DNA of 64,000 nucleotides, taken from the NCBI GenBank assembly GCA_963701665.1, contig OY969622.1, positions 569,159 through 633,158 of the forward strand, in the 5' to 3' direction. Position 1 is the first letter of the stretch; each line of letters opens with the position of its first letter. This stretch comes from Candidatus Babeliales bacterium. GTDB taxonomy: Bacteria; Babelota; Babeliae; Babelales; JANWKD01. The translations under genes and the position numbers were made by a program. Shown here in pieces: positions 8,000 through 16,070 of the stretch. The notes under the pieces were generated by a model. It saw nothing but the letters and a program-made list of their open reading frames with translations. It was not told where the DNA came from and did not search any database.

Positions 8000-10381
8000 A
8001 TGTTATTCCTTATTTTAATATGCGTATATTTCAATTTACCTTTTACTTCAAACGGGATGGAGGAAGGTAATAATAATCTTCCAATCATAATTGTAAACTC
8101 CCACACTAATTCAATATCTAGATTTGATCCGCATTCACAAAGGTTTGCCAAGCATGATGCATTAACAAAAAACTTATCGCATCTTACTAGACAAGAACTA
8201 GGACAAATGTATCGGCAAGCATGTGAAATACGTGATCAAAAGATTGCTATCAATAAAGAAATAATTTTAGATGTTCATGCATATAATGCAAGCTTAAATT
8301 ATGAGCCGCTTGATAAGGTTTTCACACTTTATAACTATCACCTAGCAACACCAGATAAGAACTTGATTTCGACAGTTGATAAGTTAATTCCTATTTTTTA
8401 TACCCCTCAAGGATATTCTAACTTAACAGTAAATGCTTATGAAAGAACTATCGTTGCTCGTATTGTTGCAGACGCATTAAAAGTTAAACTACCTTATGCA
8501 ATATATGTGGAAACTATCACAGCGTACGCCGCTCAGTATTCAGAATTTAAAGAAATTGTTGCACAGGAGACTCGATGGTTTCCTTGGGCCAAAGAAAAAG
8601 TTACTGAGTGGTGCGGATTAATTAAAGGTCATTTTTATGCAAAGCACCCACTGATAAATATCGATGTGCTGAAAAAGAATATTTTAGCACATGGGTTTAA
8701 GCAGAGTTTATTGAAAATCAGTGATTCTCGTTTAAATACTTTCCCTGCCACGAATATGAAAAAAGTCGATGCTCAATGTTGTTCTGATGTAGCGCATGCG
8801 CTTGGATGGCTACAAAAGAATAAAGAATTGATCAATAAGGACATTCTATCATGTAAAAGTCTTGATGCTGTTCAAGATTATCTGAGCGGTACTCCTGTTG
8901 AGCGTAGGCTCGTGCCTTTAACAGCAAATTTACTGAATGAAATACAACACGGTATTGAATCTAAAGCTGAGCAGTCTCATCTTATGTGGTTGCAAGAATC
9001 ACTCCTGCAGTTAGATACATGTGCAGGAAAAGTATGCGCTGAAAGTTCATATGAATCAAAAGCGGCCTTAATTGGTTTGATTTCTGAAATCGAAACTCAA
9101 TTAGGTGTATTAACACGCCCAGAATTACGTAGATCGCCTTCAATGGAAAAACTTTTTGCTCCACAGACAGATTTGCTTTTTACCAGTAAAGATGTAGGAG
9201 CAATATCCTTAGCTGAGCTAAAAAAATTTTCTGGGACTCCTGAACAGAATGCTTTGAACCTGAAAATGATAGATCATGTTGAAAAAATTCATTCATGCTA
9301 TGAAAGCATAGTTGATAATGACGCTAAGCAAATTATTGAAACATATAATGCCCTCATTTCACAAGCTCATGAATTAACCAAAGATAGTTATATTACTGCC
9401 GCTGAAGGCGTTTTTACTGTTGCAAAAGACTTAGTTGAAATTGCGCTAATTGATCCTCCAGTTAATGAGATTTGTGATTATCTCGAGCAAACAGTCTCAA
9501 ATCCCCAAGATTATGTTCTCAAAACAGTCGAAGGATATAAATCAGTTGCGGGTGCTATTTTAAATGCATGTAAGTATACTTTGGAGAGACCATCGGCGGC
9601 TCCTGAGCAAAATTTTCAATTTGCATTGAATCAAAATAAAGCGATTCACGCATTCTTTGACGGGTGGGAAAAGCTCGAAGTTCAACAGAAAAAAGAATTT
9701 TTAGCACAAATTGTAGTTGATACGGCAATTAATAAAGTTGCTTATTCGCTGCCAAAATTAATTTTGAAAATAGGCGGCGGTTCCTCTGCAATCAGTTCTG
9801 CGATACAAAAAGCGGGGTCTGCTTTTGATAAAATTGATCCAGGTGCTTCAGGAGTTGTTGCAGTTGCTGTTCCTGCTAACATTGCAGAAAGCGTCGTTGG
9901 AGCCATAGAGCATGTTGCCGAAGTTGTGGGATCAATACCTGTTGCGGTTGCTACAGCAGGGATACAAGATACCGTTATGTTGTCAGAAGCGATGCAGGGT
10001 GGTGGAAATAATGTGCCTAATAAAACGTATGAATGCCCTGCTTCATGTCATTTTTTTGACAAAGAAGATAAAGTATTACGCATTATTGATAATGAAGTTA
10101 TAAAGAATATTAGAAGTGGAAGTGCTTTAAAATTAGATGCGCATCATGCATTTAATAATATGATTGATAATTATGTGGAATATGCTCAAAAATTCGAGCT
10201 CGTGGGCGATGATGGTATTAGTAGACCTTTATTCCAAATTAAAGGATCTCTAAATGGTGTCGAAGGAATCTTTGAATGGATTGTAGATCCGAATTCTTTA
10301 AATGGAGTTACACATAGATTATTCATTAAAAATGGGATTATTACTGGTAAACCAAGCATTTTTCCATCTATGAAAAAATAA
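8000..10381 (+). CDS. Large hypothetical protein with a G/A/V-rich linker and a distinct ~120-aa C-terminal module (candidate toxin/effector domain)
   Basis: 793-aa ORF starting 28 nt after the AAA gene, with a hydrophobic N-terminus (MLFLILICVYFNLPFTS). The low-complexity segment GGGSSAISSAIQKAGS...AVATAGIQ...QGGGNN is followed by a compact tail (ECPASCHFF...LDAHHAFNNMIDNY...GIFEWIVDPN...VTHRLFIKNG). Confidence 0.6.
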   Translation: MLFLILICVYFNLPFTSNGMEEGNNNLPIIIVNSHTNSISRFDPHSQRFAKHDALTKNLSHLTRQELGQMYRQACEIRDQKIAINKEIILDVHAYNASLNYEPLDKVFTLYNYHLATPDKNLISTVDKLIPIFYTPQGYSNLTVNAYERTIVARIVADALKVKLPYAIYVETITAYAAQYSEFKEIVAQETRWFPWAKEKVTEWCGLIKGHFYAKHPLINIDVLKKNILAHGFKQSLLKISDSRLNTFPATNMKKVDAQCCSDVAHALGWLQKNKELINKDILSCKSLDAVQDYLSGTPVERRLVPLTANLLNEIQHGIESKAEQSHLMWLQESLLQLDTCAGKVCAESSYESKAALIGLISEIETQLGVLTRPELRRSPSMEKLFAPQTDLLFTSKDVGAISLAELKKFSGTPEQNALNLKMIDHVEKIHSCYESIVDNDAKQIIETYNALISQAHELTKDSYITAAEGVFTVAKDLVEIALIDPPVNEICDYLEQTVSNPQDYVLKTVEGYKSVAGAILNACKYTLERPSAAPEQNFQFALNQNKAIHAFFDGWEKLEVQQKKEFLAQIVVDTAINKVAYSLPKLILKIGGGSSAISSAIQKAGSAFDKIDPGASGVVAVAVPANIAESVVGAIEHVAEVVGSIPVAVATAGIQDTVMLSEAMQGGGNNVPNKTYECPASCHFFDKEDKVLRIIDNEVIKNIRSGSALKLDAHHAFNNMIDNYVEYAQKFELVGDDGISRPLFQIKGSLNGVEGIFEWIVDPNSLNGVTHRLFIKNGIITGKPSIFPSMKK

Positions 10382-10386
10382 ACAAA

Positions 10387-10911
10387 ATGAAAATTGAAAA
10401 CATTTTTTTAAAAATTTTTAAGGAAAATAATATACCGATCTCCTGGAAAACAATTATTATAGGAAGAAAATTAGGACTTGCGGATTCTAAGCTTATAGAT
10501 GAATATGCAACCCAATATCTTCTTGATAACTATAAAATTGAAAATCCGTATATTATTGCATTAGCAAGTGGGGTAAATGATAATGAAATCGACTCTATTT
10601 TAGATAATCTTACACGATTATTAAATTTAGAAGCAACGTTAAATGCTGAACTTGAAATTAGAAAATGGAGATATGCACAATTAAAAAAACTTTTATTGAA
10701 AAAATACAAAAATAATGAATTATTATACAAAATAGAAGAAATTTATGCTGATTTCTCTTATCCTGAAGATATGCGGCATTTAATATATTATATTCCCAGT
10801 GGCAACTTTGATACATCAAAACACACTAAAGAAGAATGTCAACAACGTTTGATTAATCTCTTTTATGCATTTTTACAAAAAGAGCAATCAGAATTATCAA
10901 ATCAATGTTAA
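10387..10911 (+). CDS. Hypothetical cytoplasmic protein (candidate cognate immunity/partner of the upstream C-terminal module)
   Basis: 174-aa ORF starting 5 nt after the upstream stop. It has no signal peptide and is helical. I recognise no motif. Confidence 0.5.
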   Translation: MKIENIFLKIFKENNIPISWKTIIIGRKLGLADSKLIDEYATQYLLDNYKIENPYIIALASGVNDNEIDSILDNLTRLLNLEATLNAELEIRKWRYAQLKKLLLKKYKNNELLYKIEEIYADFSYPEDMRHLIYYIPSGNFDTSKHTKEECQQRLINLFYAFLQKEQSELSNQC

Positions 10912-10920
10912 CAAATTTTG

Positions 10921-11106
10921 ATGATGTATTCCCGCTCTTTAGATAAAATTCAAAAATTAGGAAAAAATTATGGGGTAATGATCGATTGGCAAAATAAAAT
11001 ATTATTAGATTGTTCAAATTCCATTTTTTCTGGTTTATACGAGGACATCTTAAATGTTATTTATGAGCAAAAATTATCATTTAATAACGAATGTAAAAAA
11101 ACCTAA
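10921..11106 (+). CDS. Small hypothetical protein
   Basis: 61-aa ORF with an ATG at 10921, 9 nt after the upstream stop and 9 nt before the next gene. Coding status is supported only by this tight packing. Confidence 0.3.
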   Translation: MMYSRSLDKIQKLGKNYGVMIDWQNKILLDCSNSIFSGLYEDILNVIYEQKLSFNNECKKT

Positions 11107-11115
11107 TGCATAGTT

Positions 11116-12366
11116 ATGTTCACTATCTTTTCAAGCAACTGGATTATCATGTATCGAAAATCTTTAATCTATAAGACAATAGTTATTCTTCTAATTATGA
11201 ACCATCTTTCACTGATAGGTAACACCTCTTATCAAGAGTTTCCTCCTGAATTACTTCAAGTTGCTTCTGATGAAATTTCTCGTTTATTAGCAGAAAAAGA
11301 AGAAACGTTTAAGAAAAAAAATACAGAAATATGCCTTTCAAAAAAGGACATTATTCTTGATTCAGCACTCATTACTCAATTGATTTCGCAATGTCCAGAA
11401 AGATTGAATGATATTATTAGTGCATTAATAATGCGGAATCAATTTAATGATGATATCTATCAAGAATTTATTCCGCATCATATTGTTCTTGTTGGGCCGC
11501 TTGGTGTTGGCAAAAGTAGTTTGGCCAGAGCTATTGCACAAGCAGCTTGCGTTTCTTATACCTTTATCAAATCAATGGCATTAGCTAATGAATATATTAA
11601 TTCAGGGCCAAGTAATCTTATGAGGATTTTTGATCCTATATTAGAAACAGATGAACCGTACATTGTTATTATTGATGAATTACAAACAATCATTAGAAGA
11701 AAAGATAACAATGAATTTGATATGGCAACGGCAGAAGTACTATGGATGTTGCTTGATGAATGTAAGGCAAAAAATAACATTATGATAATTGCAACTGCTA
11801 ATGATATTTCTGATTTGCCCGAACAGCTAAAAAGCCGTTTTGCAAAAAGTGTCTATGAAATAAAATTGCCAGGTTTATTAGCGCGTGAACGCATTATTAG
11901 TCATTATATAGAAAACAGTAAGGCAGATAGCAGCAATATTACTCATGCAGTTATTAAAAATTTAGCGCAAAAAACAAGAGGTTTTTCACCGCGTAATTTA
12001 GAAGATCTTATTGAAATAGCTTTTTCACGAGCATTTTTTAGAGCTAAACGAGAAAATGACTTTGTCATATCTCTTACTAAAAAAGATTTAGACATAGGAT
12101 TTGCTCATATTAAAAAACAGAAAGGAAGCTCGTACGGTATACCAACATGGTGTAAAAATTTCGTAAAATTATTGGGTCCTGTGGCTACTATTTCATTGGG
12201 ACTTACTGTGCTTCAGATAACGATACAATGTTTTCTGCAATATTATGATCATCAGCGATATTTATCTTTGATACAGCAACATCATAATGATTTTGTACGC
12301 ATTAATGGACAGCATAACAAAGCAATATTACAGCAGAATGAAAGATTTCATCAAGCAAAAATGTAA
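11116..12366 (+). CDS. Classic-clade AAA ATPase, paralog of 6355-7971, with hydrophobic N- and C-terminal segments
   Basis: Walker A is IVLVGPLGVGKSSLARAI, Walker B is IVIIDELQ, and the SRH-like region is IIATANDISDLPEQLKSRF. The N-terminus is SLIYKTIVILLIMNHLSLIG, the C-terminal TM is LLGPVATISLGLTVLQITIQCFL, and the tail is Q/H-rich. Confidence 0.8.
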   Translation: MFTIFSSNWIIMYRKSLIYKTIVILLIMNHLSLIGNTSYQEFPPELLQVASDEISRLLAEKEETFKKKNTEICLSKKDIILDSALITQLISQCPERLNDIISALIMRNQFNDDIYQEFIPHHIVLVGPLGVGKSSLARAIAQAACVSYTFIKSMALANEYINSGPSNLMRIFDPILETDEPYIVIIDELQTIIRRKDNNEFDMATAEVLWMLLDECKAKNNIMIIATANDISDLPEQLKSRFAKSVYEIKLPGLLARERIISHYIENSKADSSNITHAVIKNLAQKTRGFSPRNLEDLIEIAFSRAFFRAKRENDFVISLTKKDLDIGFAHIKKQKGSSYGIPTWCKNFVKLLGPVATISLGLTVLQITIQCFLQYYDHQRYLSLIQQHHNDFVRINGQHNKAILQQNERFHQAKM

Positions 12367-12396
12367 TAATTTTTCAATCATAAAAAGGATTTTCTT

Positions 12397-14070
12397 ATGC
12401 AAAAGAGAATGCCATTGAGCTTTTTCATAATTATTATGATTAGTTTTAAGCTCTGTGCCTGGGCAAAAGATAATGGTAAAAAAGATGCAGATTTTATAAA
12501 GAGGTTTGGAGAAGAATATTTTAAGGTACCTGTTGAGAAGGATGATAATAACGATCTATATATTAATGCATGTGAATTAATAAATCTTTTCCAAACAATT
12601 GTCTTTGAAACAATGAATGATATATTTGCTGAAATAACAGATGAAAGGCTTGAAGGATTTCAGATTGAGCAATCCCCTACTAAGCAACCTGAAAAGGTGA
12701 CTCTATATACAAGTGTAGCAGAGCAAAATAATAAAACGGGGCATGAAAAAATTGTACAATTAATTTCTACTATTTTAATGCAAAAAAGTTTAAAGGAAAC
12801 AGTCAATTTTGTTAAACAAATATCGCCAGAAACAAAAAAGGTCATTAAAGAAATAATTAATACTCCTGATAAACATTGGAGTAATACATTTTTACACAAA
12901 GCTTCAACCGCTTTGGAAGTAGAGCAACTTTTGTTACTTGGAGCAGATCCTGAAATAAAAAATGAGTTAGGGCGAACACCATTAATGGCGTTACTTTTTG
13001 ATGGTAAATGTGAAGCAGCCAAGATGCTTATTTCGAAATTACCTTCATTTGATTTTTCTATGGTAGATAATGAAGGTGCAAATTTAACACTATGTGCTGT
13101 TCGCAGTGGTGATACTAAAATTGTAGATTTATTCTTGAAAAAAGGTGGGAGTTTAAATAGCGAAGTAGGCGGAGTAACACCTTTACTGATAGCCGTAGGT
13201 GCAAGAAATATACCAATGGTTAGGTATTTATTAAAGTTAGGAGTTGATGTTAATCAGGCGATTACCGCTACAGATTTTTCGGATTCTAATCGGGAAAATC
13301 TGCCTGATACCTCTGATATTATAGGGGTAACGCCGCTTATGATGGCAGCCTCAAATGACGATGGTGAGATGGTAAGATTATTATTAAAAGCAGGAGCGAA
13401 TGTTAATGCAATGTGCCTAGATGGTTCAACAGCATTGATAAAATCTTTGGCAGGATCAAATGTGTTTAAGATCCTAATTGATGCTGGTGCAAATGTTAAT
13501 GTAACAACACATAATGGGTTTACGGCTTTATTAGCTGCAACAATAATACAGCCAAATGCTATTATGCCATTATTGAAAGCTGGGGCGTTGGCTAATAGTG
13601 AAATTTCTAAGGACTATTTTATTCCCGATATGCCTTCTGTTAATTTGCAAGGGTTAACGCCATTATTAATGGCGATAAAAAATGCACCAGATACTGTACT
13701 GTTTCTTATTGATGCTGGTGCAAATATCAACCACAGAACAGATGAAGGACTTACACCTCTCATGATGGCGGTCATTTCAAACAACATTGATTTAATTTCT
13801 CAGTTACTTGAAAAAGGAGCGCAAGTAAATTGTGCAATGATATGTGACAGTCCGTATCTAAAAGTGCTGTTGCAAGATTGTTTATCATCAAAATTTGATG
13901 CAGACACAACAGGATTAACGCCACTTATGATAGCAACAATTTTAGATGAAGCGCCTACCGTTACTATTTTGCTAAAGCATGGTGCTGATAGAAATGTAAA
14001 AAATGCAAAGGGACTTACTGCTTTGAATATGGCAATCATGAAAAATATTGCAGAGATATTATCAGTTTAA
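12397..14070 (+). CDS. Secreted ankyrin-repeat protein
   Basis: The N-terminus is signal-like (MPLSFFIIIMISFKLCAWA). At least 8 ANK units are present, for example GVTPLMMAASNDDGEMVRLLLKAGANVN and GLTPLMIATILDEAPTVTILLKHGADRN. Confidence 0.85.
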   Translation: MQKRMPLSFFIIIMISFKLCAWAKDNGKKDADFIKRFGEEYFKVPVEKDDNNDLYINACELINLFQTIVFETMNDIFAEITDERLEGFQIEQSPTKQPEKVTLYTSVAEQNNKTGHEKIVQLISTILMQKSLKETVNFVKQISPETKKVIKEIINTPDKHWSNTFLHKASTALEVEQLLLLGADPEIKNELGRTPLMALLFDGKCEAAKMLISKLPSFDFSMVDNEGANLTLCAVRSGDTKIVDLFLKKGGSLNSEVGGVTPLLIAVGARNIPMVRYLLKLGVDVNQAITATDFSDSNRENLPDTSDIIGVTPLMMAASNDDGEMVRLLLKAGANVNAMCLDGSTALIKSLAGSNVFKILIDAGANVNVTTHNGFTALLAATIIQPNAIMPLLKAGALANSEISKDYFIPDMPSVNLQGLTPLLMAIKNAPDTVLFLIDAGANINHRTDEGLTPLMMAVISNNIDLISQLLEKGAQVNCAMICDSPYLKVLLQDCLSSKFDADTTGLTPLMIATILDEAPTVTILLKHGADRNVKNAKGLTALNMAIMKNIAEILSV

Positions 14071-14081
14071 AGTTGTTCAAA

Positions 14082-14106
14082 AGGATGAATGTGCAACATT
14101 CATCCT
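14082..14106. terminator. Hairpin between convergent genes
   Basis: 10-bp stem AGGATGAATG / CATTCATCCT with a 5-nt loop, between the ANK gene (+) and the flavodoxin-like gene (-). There is no strong U-tract. Confidence 0.45.
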
Positions 14107-14115
14107 CTAATGAAA

Positions 14116-14784
14116 TTAAATAACTAACTCATCAACTAACTTTTTAATTGTCTCAAGATGTGCATGATATGATGTTGGATTTATTTTATAGACATCATGA
14201 ATCATGTAGTTTTTAATATAAGGGACGCCCATAAATCTAAATGTGTCAGTTATTTGCCGTTGTGCTGGATGTTCAATGAAAAAAGCATACCAGGGTCTTT
14301 TAGCGATTGCGGAGTTTACAGAAAGAACTTTAGTAATATGATGCAGTGGTTCTGCATGTACACCGCTCTTATATGCCCACGCATAGTTTGTTATAAGATC
14401 GATCCATGCTTTAACAATTGCGGGTGTTGAATACCAATACACAGGAAAAAAGAGGATAACTCTATCAGCTTGCAAAATTAATTCTCTATTCTGTTTAAAG
14501 AAATGGGATTCTTCTAGAAATTCAGGATCATGGCGATAAAAAGGGATTTCTGCGGCATAATCGTAAAGATCTAAATTGAGTAGCTCAACCGTATGTTTTG
14601 TCGCTAAATAGTCAGAAATTGCATCATAGAGCGAATAGGTTAATGATTGCTTAATGTCATGGGCAACGACGAGCAGAACTTTGACTCGTCCCGCGTGTGC
14701 ATGTTCGAGCGATAGTGCATATGCACTCGTTTGGTAGCCAAAAAAGCTAAACAAAATAATAAAAATAATATTTTTCAAAACCAT
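14116..14784 (-). CDS. Flavodoxin-like fold NAD(P)H:quinone oxidoreductase family protein with an N-terminal signal-like extension
   Basis: VKVLLVVAH..., RVILFFPVYWYSTPAIVKAWIDLI matches the Flavodoxin_2 family motif (FP.wW...Pa.lKgwiD). A ~30-aa N-terminal extension precedes it (MVLKNIIFIILFSFFGYQTSAYA). Confidence 0.7.
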   Translation of the reverse strand: MVLKNIIFIILFSFFGYQTSAYALSLEHAHAGRVKVLLVVAHDIKQSLTYSLYDAISDYLATKHTVELLNLDLYDYAAEIPFYRHDPEFLEESHFFKQNRELILQADRVILFFPVYWYSTPAIVKAWIDLITNYAWAYKSGVHAEPLHHITKVLSVNSAIAKRPWYAFFIEHPAQRQITDTFRFMGVPYIKNYMIHDVYKINPTSYHAHLETIKKLVDELVI

Positions 14785-14991
14785 GCAAATATCCTTTCTT
14801 GGGGTGATTCATTACTGATGCGTCAACCATAAAAATTATATCTTTTTAAAGTAGCAAAAACGTATCATGAACTTGCAAAAAAGACAATGATACTGCGCTA
14901 TGTTTTTTGGTTTTTAAAAATCGCTTTTAAAACTATTTAATCAATCGGAAAATATATTGGCAGATAAACCGGATCGTAAACAATCGGGGTT

Positions 14992-15330
14992 TCAATAGGC
15001 ATTGTGTACATAGGTATACGTCGTTGTTAAAGGAGTTATATAAAAATTATTATTCGAATCAAAAGTTTTAATAGAACCACTGGAAGACCCCATAGTCTTT
15101 GGTTTACAGGATCCAAGAATTATTGAAAGCACCATTAATAGTGCTGCCGCTACTTGAAAATGAAGCGAAGAAGAATCCAGGTTCAAAATATGCCCTGTTC
15201 CTGCAAGTGTTGACGACAACGCAGGCTGCATATTTTCATATAATCCGCGTATCTTCTTATCAATATTCAAAGACTGGCAGTATGACTGTGTCCCAACGAA
15301 TAACGAAAGTACTAATAGAATTTTTTTCAT
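14992..15330 (-). CDS. Small hypothetical secreted protein
   Basis: 112-aa ORF with a signal-like start MKKILLVLSLFVGTQSYC. No motif recognised. Confidence 0.35.
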   Translation of the reverse strand: MKKILLVLSLFVGTQSYCQSLNIDKKIRGLYENMQPALSSTLAGTGHILNLDSSSLHFQVAAALLMVLSIILGSCKPKTMGSSSGSIKTFDSNNNFYITPLTTTYTYVHNAY

Positions 15331-15455
15331 TTTTCTATAATTAATAGTGGTTTTTAGTTAAAAGTACCACCTCTATGAATGCATGTAAAGCACTTTTTTG
15401 AAGAATTTTATTGGTAACCTGAGCCGTGGCTATAATGGGCATCCACGGCGGAGAA

Positions 15456-15842
15456 TTAGTCGTTTTTGGGGGATTTTGGTTTTGAAACCACTACTATTCT
15501 CATTTTCGAGCGTGATGTTTGAGGGCTGTCCGATTCTTCAAAAACAGGGGGTTCCTCGCCTGGGTTCCAGGGCTTTCTGGACGTTTGGGGAGACGAAGGG
15601 TTGCTTTGAGGTGAATGCGGACTTTTTGGGGAGCCTTTTTTGTGAAAAACGGGAGGATTAGAAGGGACATCTAGCCTATCATGATCAGGCATGAGACGTT
15701 CAAAAATCTCCTGAATAAGTTTTTCTTCGCGACTTGGTGTTGCTTCTGGTGCATCGTCTTCCATTGCATGCGCAGCATGGATGAAAATAAGTGTTGCGCA
15801 GTAAGCCTTCAAAAGGAATGCCATCTTTGTGACAGTGTTCAT
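15456..15842 (-). CDS. Hypothetical secreted Pro/Ser-rich repeat protein
   Basis: 128 aa. After the hydrophobic N-terminus (AFLLKAYCATLIFIHAAHA) comes a disordered region with repeated PPVF (x2), SPQTSR (x2) and an SPKSPHSPQS run. Confidence 0.45.
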   Translation of the reverse strand: MNTVTKMAFLLKAYCATLIFIHAAHAMEDDAPEATPSREEKLIQEIFERLMPDHDRLDVPSNPPVFHKKGSPKSPHSPQSNPSSPQTSRKPWNPGEEPPVFEESDSPQTSRSKMRIVVVSKPKSPKND

Positions 15843-16070
15843 TGAGTTGTCCCCCCTACAATGTGACTGATAAATTATAATTGAAAATATTATGCAATAT
15901 TTTAATGAGCTGTTCTTAATAGTATCATTATTTTTAGAATATTCCCAGAGTTATGCTTTCTGGCAGTTGTTTGCCAAATTAGGTTATTTTAACTACACTC
16001 ATCGAAAATACCCAATGGAAACGCGTTTTCCATCATAGGTTTTTTTAATACGTTCGCAAGAAGGACACTT

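Noticed and set aside
10126-10140. The AHH tripeptide (LDAHHAF) in the C-terminal module of the 793-aa protein, as evidence for an AHH-type HNH/EndoVII nuclease.
   Set aside because: A tripeptide is not diagnostic. The flanking residues do not match the AHH[IV][IV]P context I remember for that family. I kept it only as something to test, not as a call.
12660-13022. 120-aa ORF antisense to the ankyrin gene. Similar antisense ORFs occur at 13800-14039, 11556-11780 and 6915-7196.
   Set aside because: Each lies entirely inside a longer ORF with clear domain content on the opposite strand. None has an RBS or a recognisable motif. Such ORFs are typical shadows in AT-rich DNA.
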